Shown piece after piece: positions 1-9,241 of a stretch of DNA of 64,000 bases (positions are counted from its first letter, which is position 1; every line of letters starts with the position of its first letter). Source of the stretch: Alphaproteobacteria bacterium (GTDB taxonomy: Bacteria; Pseudomonadota; Alphaproteobacteria; RF32; CAG-239); assembly GCA_017467515.1 (NCBI GenBank), contig JAFUSU010000028.1, positions 41,735-105,734 on the forward strand. Reading direction: 5' to 3'. The notes beneath the pieces were generated by a model, which saw only the letters and a list, made by a program, of their open reading frames with translations, ran no database searches and was not told the DNA's origin. The translations under genes were made by a program, and so were the position numbers.

Positions 1-1622
1 GCAAATCTCCTGTAGCTCAATTGCCGGAAATTATGACAACAGCCGGATACAGTAATACAACATTAAATAATCGAATCAGTCCGGATATGAAAGTTGCTTG
101 GAATATTCTGGATATCTCCAGCCAATATTATCAAAGTGCATCGGAAGCATTTAAAGCCGGAGCATCTGTTGAACGCAGTCGTAAAGTTATTCATAACATT
201 TTACAAGAAACCAGAGGGTTATATTGGCAGACTTTGGCAGCACAGAAATTAATTCCTGTGATTGATGAAATGGTTGAATATATGACCTTGGATATTGATG
301 AGCTCAATGTTAAAGCAAAACAATTGGCTCAAAAGGGCGGAACATTAAGTTCTGAGGAGTTAATCAGAAAACGGAAATATATGGATTCGATCAAAAAATT
401 ATTGGATTTGAAGCGCAAAATGGAAACTGCGGAGATTCGGTTAGCCGGTTTAATGGGATTTCACCCGACGACACAGTATAAATTAGTTGGTAAAGAATAT
501 GGTAATTTTGAACTTCCGGCGCTTAAAAACGAATTATCGCAATTAGAATGGTTAGCCTTGGTTAATCGTCCGGAATTGAGAATTTATGATTTGGAAACCA
601 ATACGGAAGATTTGCAAATTGTTGTTAAAAGTTTCCGTCCGGGGGAAAAATCTCGTTATAAAAATGATCCGAATTACTATAATCGGTTATGGTCAAAAGA
701 GGCTAAAAATATCGGCTTAACAATTATAGAAGATGTTAAACATCCGACAGAAACAGAGGCCGAAAATTTACGGCGCCAGCGAATGACAAATCTTATCCTA
801 AATCAGGTTTACATCGCTTGGGCTTGGTATACATCGGCTGTTGAAGATTATCAGGTTAATATGGAAATTGCTTCAACCTCAGAAGATATTGCCGAAGATA
901 TATCCTTAAAAACAGGGCATAAATCTGAAAAGACAATTCTTGAGGGGGCAAGAGCAATCAGTGATGAAGTGAGTGCCTTTTTAGCTTACGCAGAAGTTCA
1001 GGATTCGTTGGGTAATTTGTACGCAACAGTTGGTTTGGACGCGATTCCTTATGGCATTCTTGATCAAAAACCGTCACAAATAGCAATTGCTTTACGTAAA
1101 ACGATGGAACAGTGGAAAAAAGGCGTCTTTATTCCGGATCATCGCCCCCATCCGGCAGAAATACCGGGGCGTCGTCCGGCAATTAACCTGAGCGGAGAGT
1201 GGATGCCCGATGTCACTTATGAAACGGGACAGCGTATCAAAATTACGATTCCTCAAAAAGTTTTCAAAAAAATGGAGATTTCCGGAGATTTTACAACCAG
1301 AGCAAGCCTTGTTAATCATAAGCCTTTGCCTCGTTGGTTGAAATATGATCCGGAAACTTACACTTTCAGCGGTATTGCAATGCCTTCCAATGAGGGAATA
1401 TATCCTATTAAAGTATATATCAGTGACAAAACAAATCGTTTAGGCTATATAGAATTTCGCCTCAAAATAGTAGAGGTTTACGAAGAGTCTATGCGTATCA
1501 GAGGGCTGACAGACGGAAGTCGTGCTACTGTTTTGAAAAGATGCGTCGGAAAACACTGTAAGGATAGATACGTAGACGATTCTGAAATTGGTGTTGATGT
1601 GGAAATTGAGCCATATAACTGA
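1..1622 (+). CDS. TolC-like outer-membrane channel protein (5' partial) with C-terminal cadherin-like/Ig (He_PIG-type) domain
   Basis: The reading frame is open to the window edge. Long helical heptad-like segments are typical of outer-membrane efflux proteins. The C-terminal segment PLPRWLKYDPETYTFSGIAMPSNEGIYPIKVYISD resembles dystroglycan-type cadherin-like domains. Confidence 0.5.
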   Translation, partial: KSPVAQLPEIMTTAGYSNTTLNNRISPDMKVAWNILDISSQYYQSASEAFKAGASVERSRKVIHNILQETRGLYWQTLAAQKLIPVIDEMVEYMTLDIDELNVKAKQLAQKGGTLSSEELIRKRKYMDSIKKLLDLKRKMETAEIRLAGLMGFHPTTQYKLVGKEYGNFELPALKNELSQLEWLALVNRPELRIYDLETNTEDLQIVVKSFRPGEKSRYKNDPNYYNRLWSKEAKNIGLTIIEDVKHPTETEAENLRRQRMTNLILNQVYIAWAWYTSAVEDYQVNMEIASTSEDIAEDISLKTGHKSEKTILEGARAISDEVSAFLAYAEVQDSLGNLYATVGLDAIPYGILDQKPSQIAIALRKTMEQWKKGVFIPDHRPHPAEIPGRRPAINLSGEWMPDVTYETGQRIKITIPQKVFKKMEISGDFTTRASLVNHKPLPRWLKYDPETYTFSGIAMPSNEGIYPIKVYISDKTNRLGYIEFRLKIVEVYEESMRIRGLTDGSRATVLKRCVGKHCKDRYVDDSEIGVDVEIEPYN

Positions 1623-1644
1623 TTTTAGGAGATAATTTAAAAAA

Positions 1645-1676
1645 ATGCGGAGTCGTTGACAACCGCATTTTTTTTA
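1645..1676. terminator. Rho-independent terminator (A-run, ATGCGG...CCGCAT stem, T-run)
   Basis: A perfect 6-bp stem at 1645-1650/1663-1668 is flanked by an A-run and a T-run. Confidence 0.7.
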
Positions 1677-1867
1677 TGAAAAATAAATTGTTAACATACT
1701 GAAAAATATATATAATTTTTTTAAGAAAAATTGTTCACAGAGTTATCCAGAAGGGTAAAAATTTTTTTATGTTTGTTTTTTAAGATGTTAGTTTGTGTCA
1801 AGCACTAAAAAGGCTTTTCCTCTATTGATTATAGAAATTTATTTACTCAAAATAGCAGGCATTGGAT

Positions 1868-1947
1868 CACGAATATATTGTGCGATAAAAAAATTGTGCA
1901 TACAATATATAGCGAGATTTACAAATTTTTAATACTATATATTGTAT
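1868..1947 (+). promoter_or_regulatory. Three NrdR-box-like palindromes upstream of nrdD
   Basis: The boxes are CACGAATATATTGTG (1868-1882), ATACAATATATAGCGA (1900-1915) and ATACTATATATTGTAT (1932-1947). Their centres are about 32 bp apart. The last box overlaps a TATAAT -10 at 1947-1952. Confidence 0.6.
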
Positions 1948-2006
1948 ATAATCGTTGAATGATAAAACTATAACCACTAACTTAATAAAGGAAAGATTTT
2001 TTTACG

Positions 2007-4061
2007 ATGTCAGAAGAAGTTTACCACAGCACAATTGCGAATGAAAATATCAATATTTCACAAGTTACAAAAAGAGACGGTACGTTGGCACCGTTCGATA
2101 GTAATAAAATTTATCAGGCTATTTTAAAAGCAGGTAACAGTACGGGTGAATTCGGAGAAAATGAAGCTTGGTTGATTACAGGTCAAGTCCTGAAGGTTAT
2201 GAAGCATAAATATGCAGAAACATTACCGACAATTGAAAATATTCAGGATATTGTTGAGCAGGCTTTGATTTCTTCTAACTATTTTGCAACCGCAAAAGCT
2301 TACATTTTGTATCGTGACCAACGTAATCGTGCTCGTACGGACCGCAAAGTTATGGTTGATGTTGAAAGTTCAATTAATGAATATCTGGAAAGATTAGACT
2401 GGCGTGTTAATGCAAATGCCAACCAAGGATATTCTAACGGTGGTTTGATTTTGAATGTTTCCGGTAAAGTAACGGCAAATTACTGGTTGAGCCACGTTTA
2501 TCCTGCAGAAGTCGGTGAAGCTCATCGTAACGGTGATTTGCATATTCACGATTTGGATATGTTAGCTGCTTATTGTGCCGGTTGGTCTTTGAAAAACCTT
2601 TTGCACGAGGGCTTTAACGGTGTTCCCGGTAAAACGGAAGCCGGTCCTGCTAAACACCTGAGCGCAGCTGTCGGACAAATGGTTAACTTTATGGGAACCT
2701 TACAAAACGAATGGGCCGGTGCACAAGCTTTTTCTTCTGTCGATACATACTTAGCCCCTTATATTCGTAAAGATAATTTGTCTTATGAACAAGTTGAACA
2801 GAATTTCCAAGAACTGATTTACAATTTAAATGTTCCTTCTCGTTGGGGTTCTCAAACACCGTTTACAAACTTTACGTTTGATTGGGTATGTCCTGAAGAT
2901 TTGCGTGATAAGCACCCGATGATTGCCGGTGAGGAACAACCTTTCACTTATGGTGATTTAAAACCGGAAATGGATATGATTAACAAAGCCTATATCTCAG
3001 TTATGATGAGAGGAGACATTAAAGGTCGTCCGTTTACATTCCCAATTCCGACATATAATATGACACCGGATTTTCCTTGGGAAGATGAAAATACTTTATT
3101 ACTGTTTGAAATGACAGCTAAATACGGATTACCTTATTTCCAAAACTTTATTAATTCATCTCTGAAACCGGGACAGATTCGTTCAATGTGTTGCCGTTTA
3201 CAGTTGGATTTGCGTGAATTACTGGCACGTGGTAACGGTTTATTCGGTTCAGCAGAGCAAACGGGTTCTATCGGTGTTGTTACATTCAACTGCGCTCGTT
3301 TGGGGTATGTATATAAAGGTAATGAAACGGGTTTATACGGCCGCGTTGATGAGTTGTTGAATATCGCCCGCACTTCTTTGGAAATTAAGCGTAAAGTTAT
3401 TCAACGTTTGATTGATAATGGTTTGTTCCCATTCACCAAACGCTATCTCGGAACTTTGCGTAATCACTTCTCTACCATCGGCGTGAACGGTATCAATGAA
3501 ATGATTTTGAACTATACCAATGGTGAACATAATATAGCTGATGAGTGGGGACAACAGTTTGCTGAAAAATTCTTGGATTATATCCGTGCGAAACTGATTA
3601 AGATTCAAGAAGAAACTGGTCACATGTACAATCTTGAAGCAACACCGGCAGAGAGTGCAACTTACCGCTTTGCTCGTGAAGACAAAAAGAGATTTCCGAA
3701 TATTATTCAAGCCGGTACGCAGGAGAATCCGTATTATACCAACTCTTCTCAATTACCGGTTAATTATACCGATGATCCGTTTGAAGCTTTGGATTTACAA
3801 GCACATTTGCAAGCTAAGTACACAGGCGGTACCGTATTGCACTTGTATATGAACCAAAGAATTTCTTCAGCTGAAGTGTGCCGCGATATTGTTAAACGCG
3901 TTTTGACAAATTATCGTTTGCCATACATCACAATTACACCGACATTTTCTGTATGCCCGAAACACGGATATATTGCCGGTGAACACAAATTCTGCCCTCT
4001 TTGTGATGAAGAAAAGAGAGCTGCCAAAATTGCAGCGGCAAGCAGTGGCGCTGCAGAATAA
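2007..4061 (+). CDS. nrdD: Anaerobic (class III) ribonucleoside-triphosphate reductase, large body lacking the glycyl-radical tail
   Basis: It has an N-terminal ATP-cone-like segment, an NrdD core and a C-terminal Zn site (CPKH...CPLC). It ends before the RVxGY glycyl-radical motif. Confidence 0.9.
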   Translation: MSEEVYHSTIANENINISQVTKRDGTLAPFDSNKIYQAILKAGNSTGEFGENEAWLITGQVLKVMKHKYAETLPTIENIQDIVEQALISSNYFATAKAYILYRDQRNRARTDRKVMVDVESSINEYLERLDWRVNANANQGYSNGGLILNVSGKVTANYWLSHVYPAEVGEAHRNGDLHIHDLDMLAAYCAGWSLKNLLHEGFNGVPGKTEAGPAKHLSAAVGQMVNFMGTLQNEWAGAQAFSSVDTYLAPYIRKDNLSYEQVEQNFQELIYNLNVPSRWGSQTPFTNFTFDWVCPEDLRDKHPMIAGEEQPFTYGDLKPEMDMINKAYISVMMRGDIKGRPFTFPIPTYNMTPDFPWEDENTLLLFEMTAKYGLPYFQNFINSSLKPGQIRSMCCRLQLDLRELLARGNGLFGSAEQTGSIGVVTFNCARLGYVYKGNETGLYGRVDELLNIARTSLEIKRKVIQRLIDNGLFPFTKRYLGTLRNHFSTIGVNGINEMILNYTNGEHNIADEWGQQFAEKFLDYIRAKLIKIQEETGHMYNLEATPAESATYRFAREDKKRFPNIIQAGTQENPYYTNSSQLPVNYTDDPFEALDLQAHLQAKYTGGTVLHLYMNQRISSAEVCRDIVKRVLTNYRLPYITITPTFSVCPKHGYIAGEHKFCPLCDEEKRAAKIAAASSGAAE

Positions 4062-4098
4062 TTTAACTATAACAATACAACTAAAGGAGACATAAATT

Positions 4099-4311
4099 AT
4101 GACCGTTATTAATATCGAAGATATCAAATTAGCAGACGAAGAAAGACAGCCTTGCGAAATTTGGACCCGTGTAATGGGGTATCATCGACCGGTTTCTGAA
4201 TTCAACAAAGGTAAGAAATCTGAATTCTATTCTCGTGTTTGCTTCTGTGAAAGCAAAGCCGTTGCAAATCACGAACCGAATGTTATGTCTTGCGGTTGTG
4301 CTGCTGAATAG
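4099..4311 (+). CDS. Stand-alone glycyl-radical domain of NrdD (70 aa)
   Basis: TRVMGYHRPVSEFNKGKKSEFYSRV matches the NrdD C-terminal glycyl-radical motif (RVCGY...FNAGKxxE in E. coli). It has its own AAGGAG RBS 37 nt after the nrdD stop. Confidence 0.75.
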   Translation: MTVINIEDIKLADEERQPCEIWTRVMGYHRPVSEFNKGKKSEFYSRVCFCESKAVANHEPNVMSCGCAAE

Positions 4312-4322
4312 CTTAAATTACA

Positions 4323-5024
4323 ATGATAAATATTAAAATAGGCGGGGCTGAACGTTTCAGCCTCGTCGACTTTCCCAATAAAGTTGCTGCTGTTTTATTT
4401 TTGCAAGGGTGTCCGTGGCGTTGCCCCTTTTGCTATAACACACATTTACAAGCGGCAGATGAACAGGAAAGTATTGATGAAGAAGCTTTTTTCTCCTTTT
4501 TGGAAAAGCGCAAAGGTAAGCTGGATGCCGTTGTTTTTAGCGGCGGAGAACCTTTGTTGCAACCAAAATTATCAGAAGCAATCCAAAGAGCGAAAAGTTT
4601 AGGCTTTACGATAGGTCTGCATACCGGAGGATTTAATCCGGCGGCATTTGCCAAAGTATTGCCTCTTGTTGATTGGGTCGGGTTTGATATAAAGGCCCCT
4701 TTTGATGAACAACACTATCATAAGGCGACCGGTTCTCAGACCCCGCTCAATAGCATTTTACAAAGCTTGGATATGCTGGTTGCCAGCGGTAAAGATTTTG
4801 AAACACGAACAACTTGTGATCCGAGATTGTTAAGTATTGAAGATATTTACACAATAGCTGAACAGCTGAAAGAAAGAGGTATCAAAAATTATCACTTGCA
4901 AAAATATCGCCCGATTCCGAGCGATAAAGAAAGCACTGAAGATATGTGTAATCAATTTTTCAGAGATAAAGCATTGATTTCATACTTGGAACAAACTTTT
5001 GAAATTTTTGATACGAGAGGCTGA
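4323..5024 (+). CDS. nrdG: Anaerobic RNR activating radical-SAM protein
   Basis: It carries the CPWRCPFCYN CxxxCxxC radical-SAM motif and sits after nrdD. Confidence 0.9.
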   Translation: MINIKIGGAERFSLVDFPNKVAAVLFLQGCPWRCPFCYNTHLQAADEQESIDEEAFFSFLEKRKGKLDAVVFSGGEPLLQPKLSEAIQRAKSLGFTIGLHTGGFNPAAFAKVLPLVDWVGFDIKAPFDEQHYHKATGSQTPLNSILQSLDMLVASGKDFETRTTCDPRLLSIEDIYTIAEQLKERGIKNYHLQKYRPIPSDKESTEDMCNQFFRDKALISYLEQTFEIFDTRG

Positions 5025-5039
5025 GCCTCTCGTTTTTTT
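5014..5039. terminator. Rho-independent terminator overlapping the nrdG stop
   Basis: The stem CGAGAGGC/GCCTCTCG is followed by T7. Confidence 0.75.
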
Positions 5040-5048
5040 ACAATAAAT

Positions 5049-6440
5049 CTATTTTTTATGTTTTACGATGAAATAAATCACCAAAACAAGAGCAATAGTG
5101 ACACCTGTCAAAACAGACCAATTCAGCGGTAACCGAAAGCCTATTTTATCATACATAATATATGTTACGCAGACAGATGACATAAAGCCGGCAGGTAGTA
5201 ATGTCAGCCAATAGGGTTTGTGTTCGCGATAAAGGTAAAAAGAAGCCATCCATAAAGTAATAGTTGCCAAACATTGATTTGCCCAACCGAAGTATAACCA
5301 AATAGTTGTTAAATCAAAGAAACTCATTGCAATACCGCCGGATAAGACAATAATGCTGATAAATAGACGTTTTTTTAAAGATTTACTGTCTTTTTTCCAG
5401 TAATCGCCGATTGTTAATCTGGCGGAACGGAAAGCCGTATCGCCGGAAGTGATAGATAATAAGACAACCGAAAGAATGGCTAAAATTCCACCGATAGATC
5501 CCAAATAGCCTTTAGCAACGCCGGAAACAACACCCCCCGGACCGCTTTGTGAGATCACCGCATTTAACCCTTCACTTCCTTGATAAAATGCAGTTCCTAA
5601 TGTTGCCCATATTAAAGCAACAATACCTTCGGTAATCATAGCACCATAAAAGATAGGGCGTCCGTATTTTTCATTAGTGAGGCAACGAGCCATCAAAGGG
5701 GATTGTGTTGCATGAAATCCGCTTAATGCTCCACAGGCAATTGTGACAAACATCAATGGAAATATAGGTAATCCTTTGGGATGTAAATTATCTAATGTCA
5801 GGTTAGGGTAAAATGCTTGGTTGCTACAAAACAAAACAATTATCATTGCGATGGAAACGCCAATCAGTAAAAGAGCAAATAACGGATAAAAACGACCGAT
5901 AATTTTATCAATCGGTAATAAAGTCGCTAAGAAATAATATCCGAAGATAATTATAATCCACCAAACGAAGGGCGTTTGAGATAAATTAGCCAGCATTTGC
6001 GCAGGACTCATTGCAAAAACAGATCCTAACAGCAATAAGAAGAAAACCATAAAAATAAGAAATACGGTTTTGACTTTTGAACCAAGATATTTTTCAACCA
6101 GAGGAACCAGAGATTGGCCGCCGTTGCGTACAGAAATCATTCCTGCAAAATAATCGTGTACGCCTCCGGCAAAAATAGAACCAAACACAATCCAAAGTAA
6201 AGCAACCGGACCGTATAAGGCTCCGAGAATAGCACCGAAAACAGGACCTAAGCCGGCAATATTTAAAAACTGTATCAAAAAGACACGCCACGTCGGCAAG
6301 GTCATAAAATCAACGTTATCACACTTAGCAATTGCCGGTGTTACAGCTTTTTCGTTAATAGAAAAAATTTTTTCAACAATTTTACCGTAAATCAGGTATC
6401 CGATAATTAAAGTTGCAGCAGCTAATAAAAAAATAGTCAT
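5049..6440 (-). CDS. cstA: Carbon starvation protein CstA family transporter
   Basis: It is a polytopic membrane protein. The N-terminal LPTWRVFLIQFLNIAGLGPVFGAILGALYGP and GGVHDY motifs are typical of CstA. Confidence 0.85.
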   Translation of the reverse strand: MTIFLLAAATLIIGYLIYGKIVEKIFSINEKAVTPAIAKCDNVDFMTLPTWRVFLIQFLNIAGLGPVFGAILGALYGPVALLWIVFGSIFAGGVHDYFAGMISVRNGGQSLVPLVEKYLGSKVKTVFLIFMVFFLLLLGSVFAMSPAQMLANLSQTPFVWWIIIIFGYYFLATLLPIDKIIGRFYPLFALLLIGVSIAMIIVLFCSNQAFYPNLTLDNLHPKGLPIFPLMFVTIACGALSGFHATQSPLMARCLTNEKYGRPIFYGAMITEGIVALIWATLGTAFYQGSEGLNAVISQSGPGGVVSGVAKGYLGSIGGILAILSVVLLSITSGDTAFRSARLTIGDYWKKDSKSLKKRLFISIIVLSGGIAMSFFDLTTIWLYFGWANQCLATITLWMASFYLYREHKPYWLTLLPAGFMSSVCVTYIMYDKIGFRLPLNWSVLTGVTIALVLVIYFIVKHKK

Positions 6441-6535
6441 TTTGCCCTCATTGAAAATTGTTAATGTCTTTACATACTATGAGATTAACACAAATCGTTA
6501 AAGATTTGTTTTACAAACGGGCAAAAAGTTAAATT

Positions 6536-7168
6536 TTAAATAATTCCCATTTTTTGAGCCATAATAACAGCCTGAGTTCGATTAGTAGCGCCCACGGAAC
6601 GAAGCAGGGCATTAATATGGAGTTTGACGGTTGCTTCTGAAACGCCTATTTCATAAGCAATTTGTTTGTTAGACAGACCTTGTGCCACCAAATTTAAGAC
6701 TTGGTTTTGCCTGAATGTCAGGGTTTTAGCTGTTCCAGCTGTGCGGCGATCTTGAATAATTGTATTGCTTGCCGGTTGCAAAACAGAGGGCGGGAGATAA
6801 GTTCCGCCATCCAAAACCAATTGCAAGGCTTTATGTAAAATTTCCGGTTCTGAGCGCTTTGAAATGAAACCGCTGACGCCTAATTCTAAACTTTGGCGAA
6901 TCGTTGCGGCATCATCTCCGGCGGAGATAACCACAAATTTCGCTTTCGGAGCTTGTGCCTTGAGTTCATTCAAAGCTTCCGGCCAATTCATATTCGGCAT
7001 ATCCAAATCCATCACAATTAATTCGATAGCTTTGTCTGTTTCGGTAAATTTAAGCGCCTGATTAAAATTGGAAGCTTGTAAAATAATGAATTCAGGGTTA
7101 ATTTTTTCTAATTGAATACTTAGTCTATCTCTAAATAAAGCGTGATCGTCAGCAATAAGAACTTTCAT
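6536..7168 (-). CDS. NarL/FixJ (LuxR-type HTH) response regulator, no adjacent kinase
   Basis: It has a receiver domain (MKVLIADDH...MDLDMP) and a C-terminal LuxR HTH (LSNKQIAYEIGVSEATVKLH). Confidence 0.9.
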   Translation of the reverse strand: MKVLIADDHALFRDRLSIQLEKINPEFIILQASNFNQALKFTETDKAIELIVMDLDMPNMNWPEALNELKAQAPKAKFVVISAGDDAATIRQSLELGVSGFISKRSEPEILHKALQLVLDGGTYLPPSVLQPASNTIIQDRRTAGTAKTLTFRQNQVLNLVAQGLSNKQIAYEIGVSEATVKLHINALLRSVGATNRTQAVIMAQKMGII

Positions 7169-7370
7169 TGAAACTCTCCTCTAAATTTTCAGACTCTCTT
7201 ATACAAAATGTTTGTAGTCATCAGCGTTAGCAAAGAAAATAATTTCTTTCTAACAAATTTAAAGGCACGGCTAAACTTTTGGAGATAAGTTTATTAAGGT
7301 ATAATAAGTAGACTTAGCATGAGTTCAAAATAATTTCAAGAAAGCGGTTTTGCATAGACACAGATATTTT

Positions 7371-7916
7371 TTAAGGCTGATATAACATAAAAATAATTTT
7401 TGCTAAACCGTAGATGCGTTCACTCTGTACCTGATAGCAGGAGGGGACATCAAGCTGTTCATTTTTTTCAACCTCGATCATACAAAGTGTATGACGATTA
7501 AGCCAGCCTTTTTTATCAAGCTCGCGCAAAGCAACTTCACTCAAGCCTTTTTGATAGGGGGCGTCCATAAATAATAAATCGTATTTTTCACCGCTTGTCG
7601 GCAGATGAGCAACATCAGCCTGAATGACTTTGATTCTATTCTGTTCTAAGGGAAATAAGGCTGTGTTTTTACGTAAATTCTTCGGCTCAATATCCACCAG
7701 ACAGACTTGTTTCGCCCCGCGAGAAAGAGCTTCCAGCGCAACGGCACCGGTTCCGCTAAAGACATCAAGCAGCGTATAGTCACTTAAAGGGTTTTCAAGA
7801 TTTGAATTTAAAATATTGAATAAAGCCTCTCGTGCGCGATCAGAAGTTGGGCGCACATTATCCGAAGCCGGAGAAAATAATTTTTTGCCACGGTATTTTC
7901 CTCCAATGATTCTCAT
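7371..7916 (-). CDS. rsmD: 16S rRNA (guanine966-N2)-methyltransferase
   Basis: MRIIGGKYRGKKL, RPTSDRAREALFNIL and the DAPY motif. Confidence 0.85.
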   Translation of the reverse strand: MRIIGGKYRGKKLFSPASDNVRPTSDRAREALFNILNSNLENPLSDYTLLDVFSGTGAVALEALSRGAKQVCLVDIEPKNLRKNTALFPLEQNRIKVIQADVAHLPTSGEKYDLLFMDAPYQKGLSEVALRELDKKGWLNRHTLCMIEVEKNEQLDVPSCYQVQSERIYGLAKIIFMLYQP

Positions 7917-8635
7917 AACTGAAATCTTCCGCCTAACTGTTCTTTTAAGACCTTTTGAGGGATTTCCTTGACTTCACCTTTTTTCAGACTGCCGAGTTGA
8001 AACGGACCATAAGACAAACGGATTAAACGGGCAACTTCTAAACCGACGGATTTCATTAATTTACGAATTTCGCGATTTTTCCCCTCACAGAGCGTTACGC
8101 TCAACCAAGCATTTGAACCTTGTTCGCTTTCAATCGCAACTTTAACGGCGCCATATTGAACACCGTCTACCACCGCTCCGTTTTCCAAATCAGCCAGCTT
8201 CTTCTTATCCAAAGAGCCGTGAACACGAACTTTATAGCGGCGGCTCCATACATTTTGCGGTAATTCCAGCAAGCGGGACAATTCGCCGTTATTTGTCAAC
8301 AACAGCAACCCTTCAGAGTTTAAGTCAAGCCGTCCGACAGAAATAACACGAGGCAAACCTGCCGGTAAATGATCAAACACGGTCGGACGTCCTTGTGTGT
8401 CACTATGCGTAGTGACCAGTCCGGTCGGTTTATGATAAAGCCATAAACGAGTTTGTTCGGGAGCAGCAACTTTTTCGCCGTCAACCCTGATTTTTTCTGT
8501 TCCCTCAACATTTAAAGCAGGCGATTCGATGACCTTACCGTCAACTGTTATCCGTCCTTGTAAAATCAGTTTTTCGGCTTCTCTGCGAGAACAGACGCCG
8601 GCACGCGCTAAATATTTTGCTATTCTTTCTGACAT
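7913..8635 (-). CDS. S4-domain pseudouridine synthase (RluB/RsuA family)
   Basis: It has an N-terminal S4 domain (RIAKYLARAGVCSRREAEKLI) and a GRLD catalytic motif. Confidence 0.85.
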   Translation of the reverse strand: MSERIAKYLARAGVCSRREAEKLILQGRITVDGKVIESPALNVEGTEKIRVDGEKVAAPEQTRLWLYHKPTGLVTTHSDTQGRPTVFDHLPAGLPRVISVGRLDLNSEGLLLLTNNGELSRLLELPQNVWSRRYKVRVHGSLDKKKLADLENGAVVDGVQYGAVKVAIESEQGSNAWLSVTLCEGKNREIRKLMKSVGLEVARLIRLSYGPFQLGSLKKGEVKEIPQKVLKEQLGGRFQL

Positions 8636-8715
8636 TTGAAACTCTTTTATTAACCATTCGTTTTGATATTGTTGTTATCATAGATTATTCGATTAATCAA
8701 CAGCAAGTTTAGATT

Positions 8716-9183
8716 ATGGCTGAGAATGAAAAATATATGAAGCGAGCGCTTGAGTTGGCAAGGCAGGCTTCAGAGCAAGATGAAGTTCCTATCGGGGCGG
8801 TGGTCGTTGATTCGTTAACTGGTGAGATTGTGGCAGAAGCGCATAATGAAAGCGAACACGGTAGTGAGGCAACGGCGCATGCCGAGCTTTTGGCTATGCA
8901 AAAAGCTTGTCAAAAATTAAAAAGCAAGCGGCTGTGGAATATGGACTTATATGTTACGCTGGAGCCATGTACCATGTGTGCGGCGGCAATTTCATTTATG
9001 CGTATAAAGACTCTTTATTTTGGAGCCGTTGATGTTAAAGGAGGCGCTGTTGTGTCAGGAGTTCGCTTTTATGAGCAGTCAACTTGTCATCACAAGCCGG
9101 AGGTTTTTCAAGGTCTTTATGCTGAAGAATGCGGGGAGATGCTGAAAAAATTTTTTCGTATAAAACGTGACAAAAAGAGTTGA
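8716..9183 (+). CDS. tadA: tRNA-specific adenosine deaminase
   Basis: HAE...PCTMCAAA CDA-fold zinc motifs. Confidence 0.9.
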   Translation: MAENEKYMKRALELARQASEQDEVPIGAVVVDSLTGEIVAEAHNESEHGSEATAHAELLAMQKACQKLKSKRLWNMDLYVTLEPCTMCAAAISFMRIKTLYFGAVDVKGGAVVSGVRFYEQSTCHHKPEVFQGLYAEECGEMLKKFFRIKRDKKS

Positions 9184-9241
9184 TTTTTAGACAAAATAGC
9201 GATATAATGAATTAAATAGAAAATAAAAGGGGGAAAGAAAA

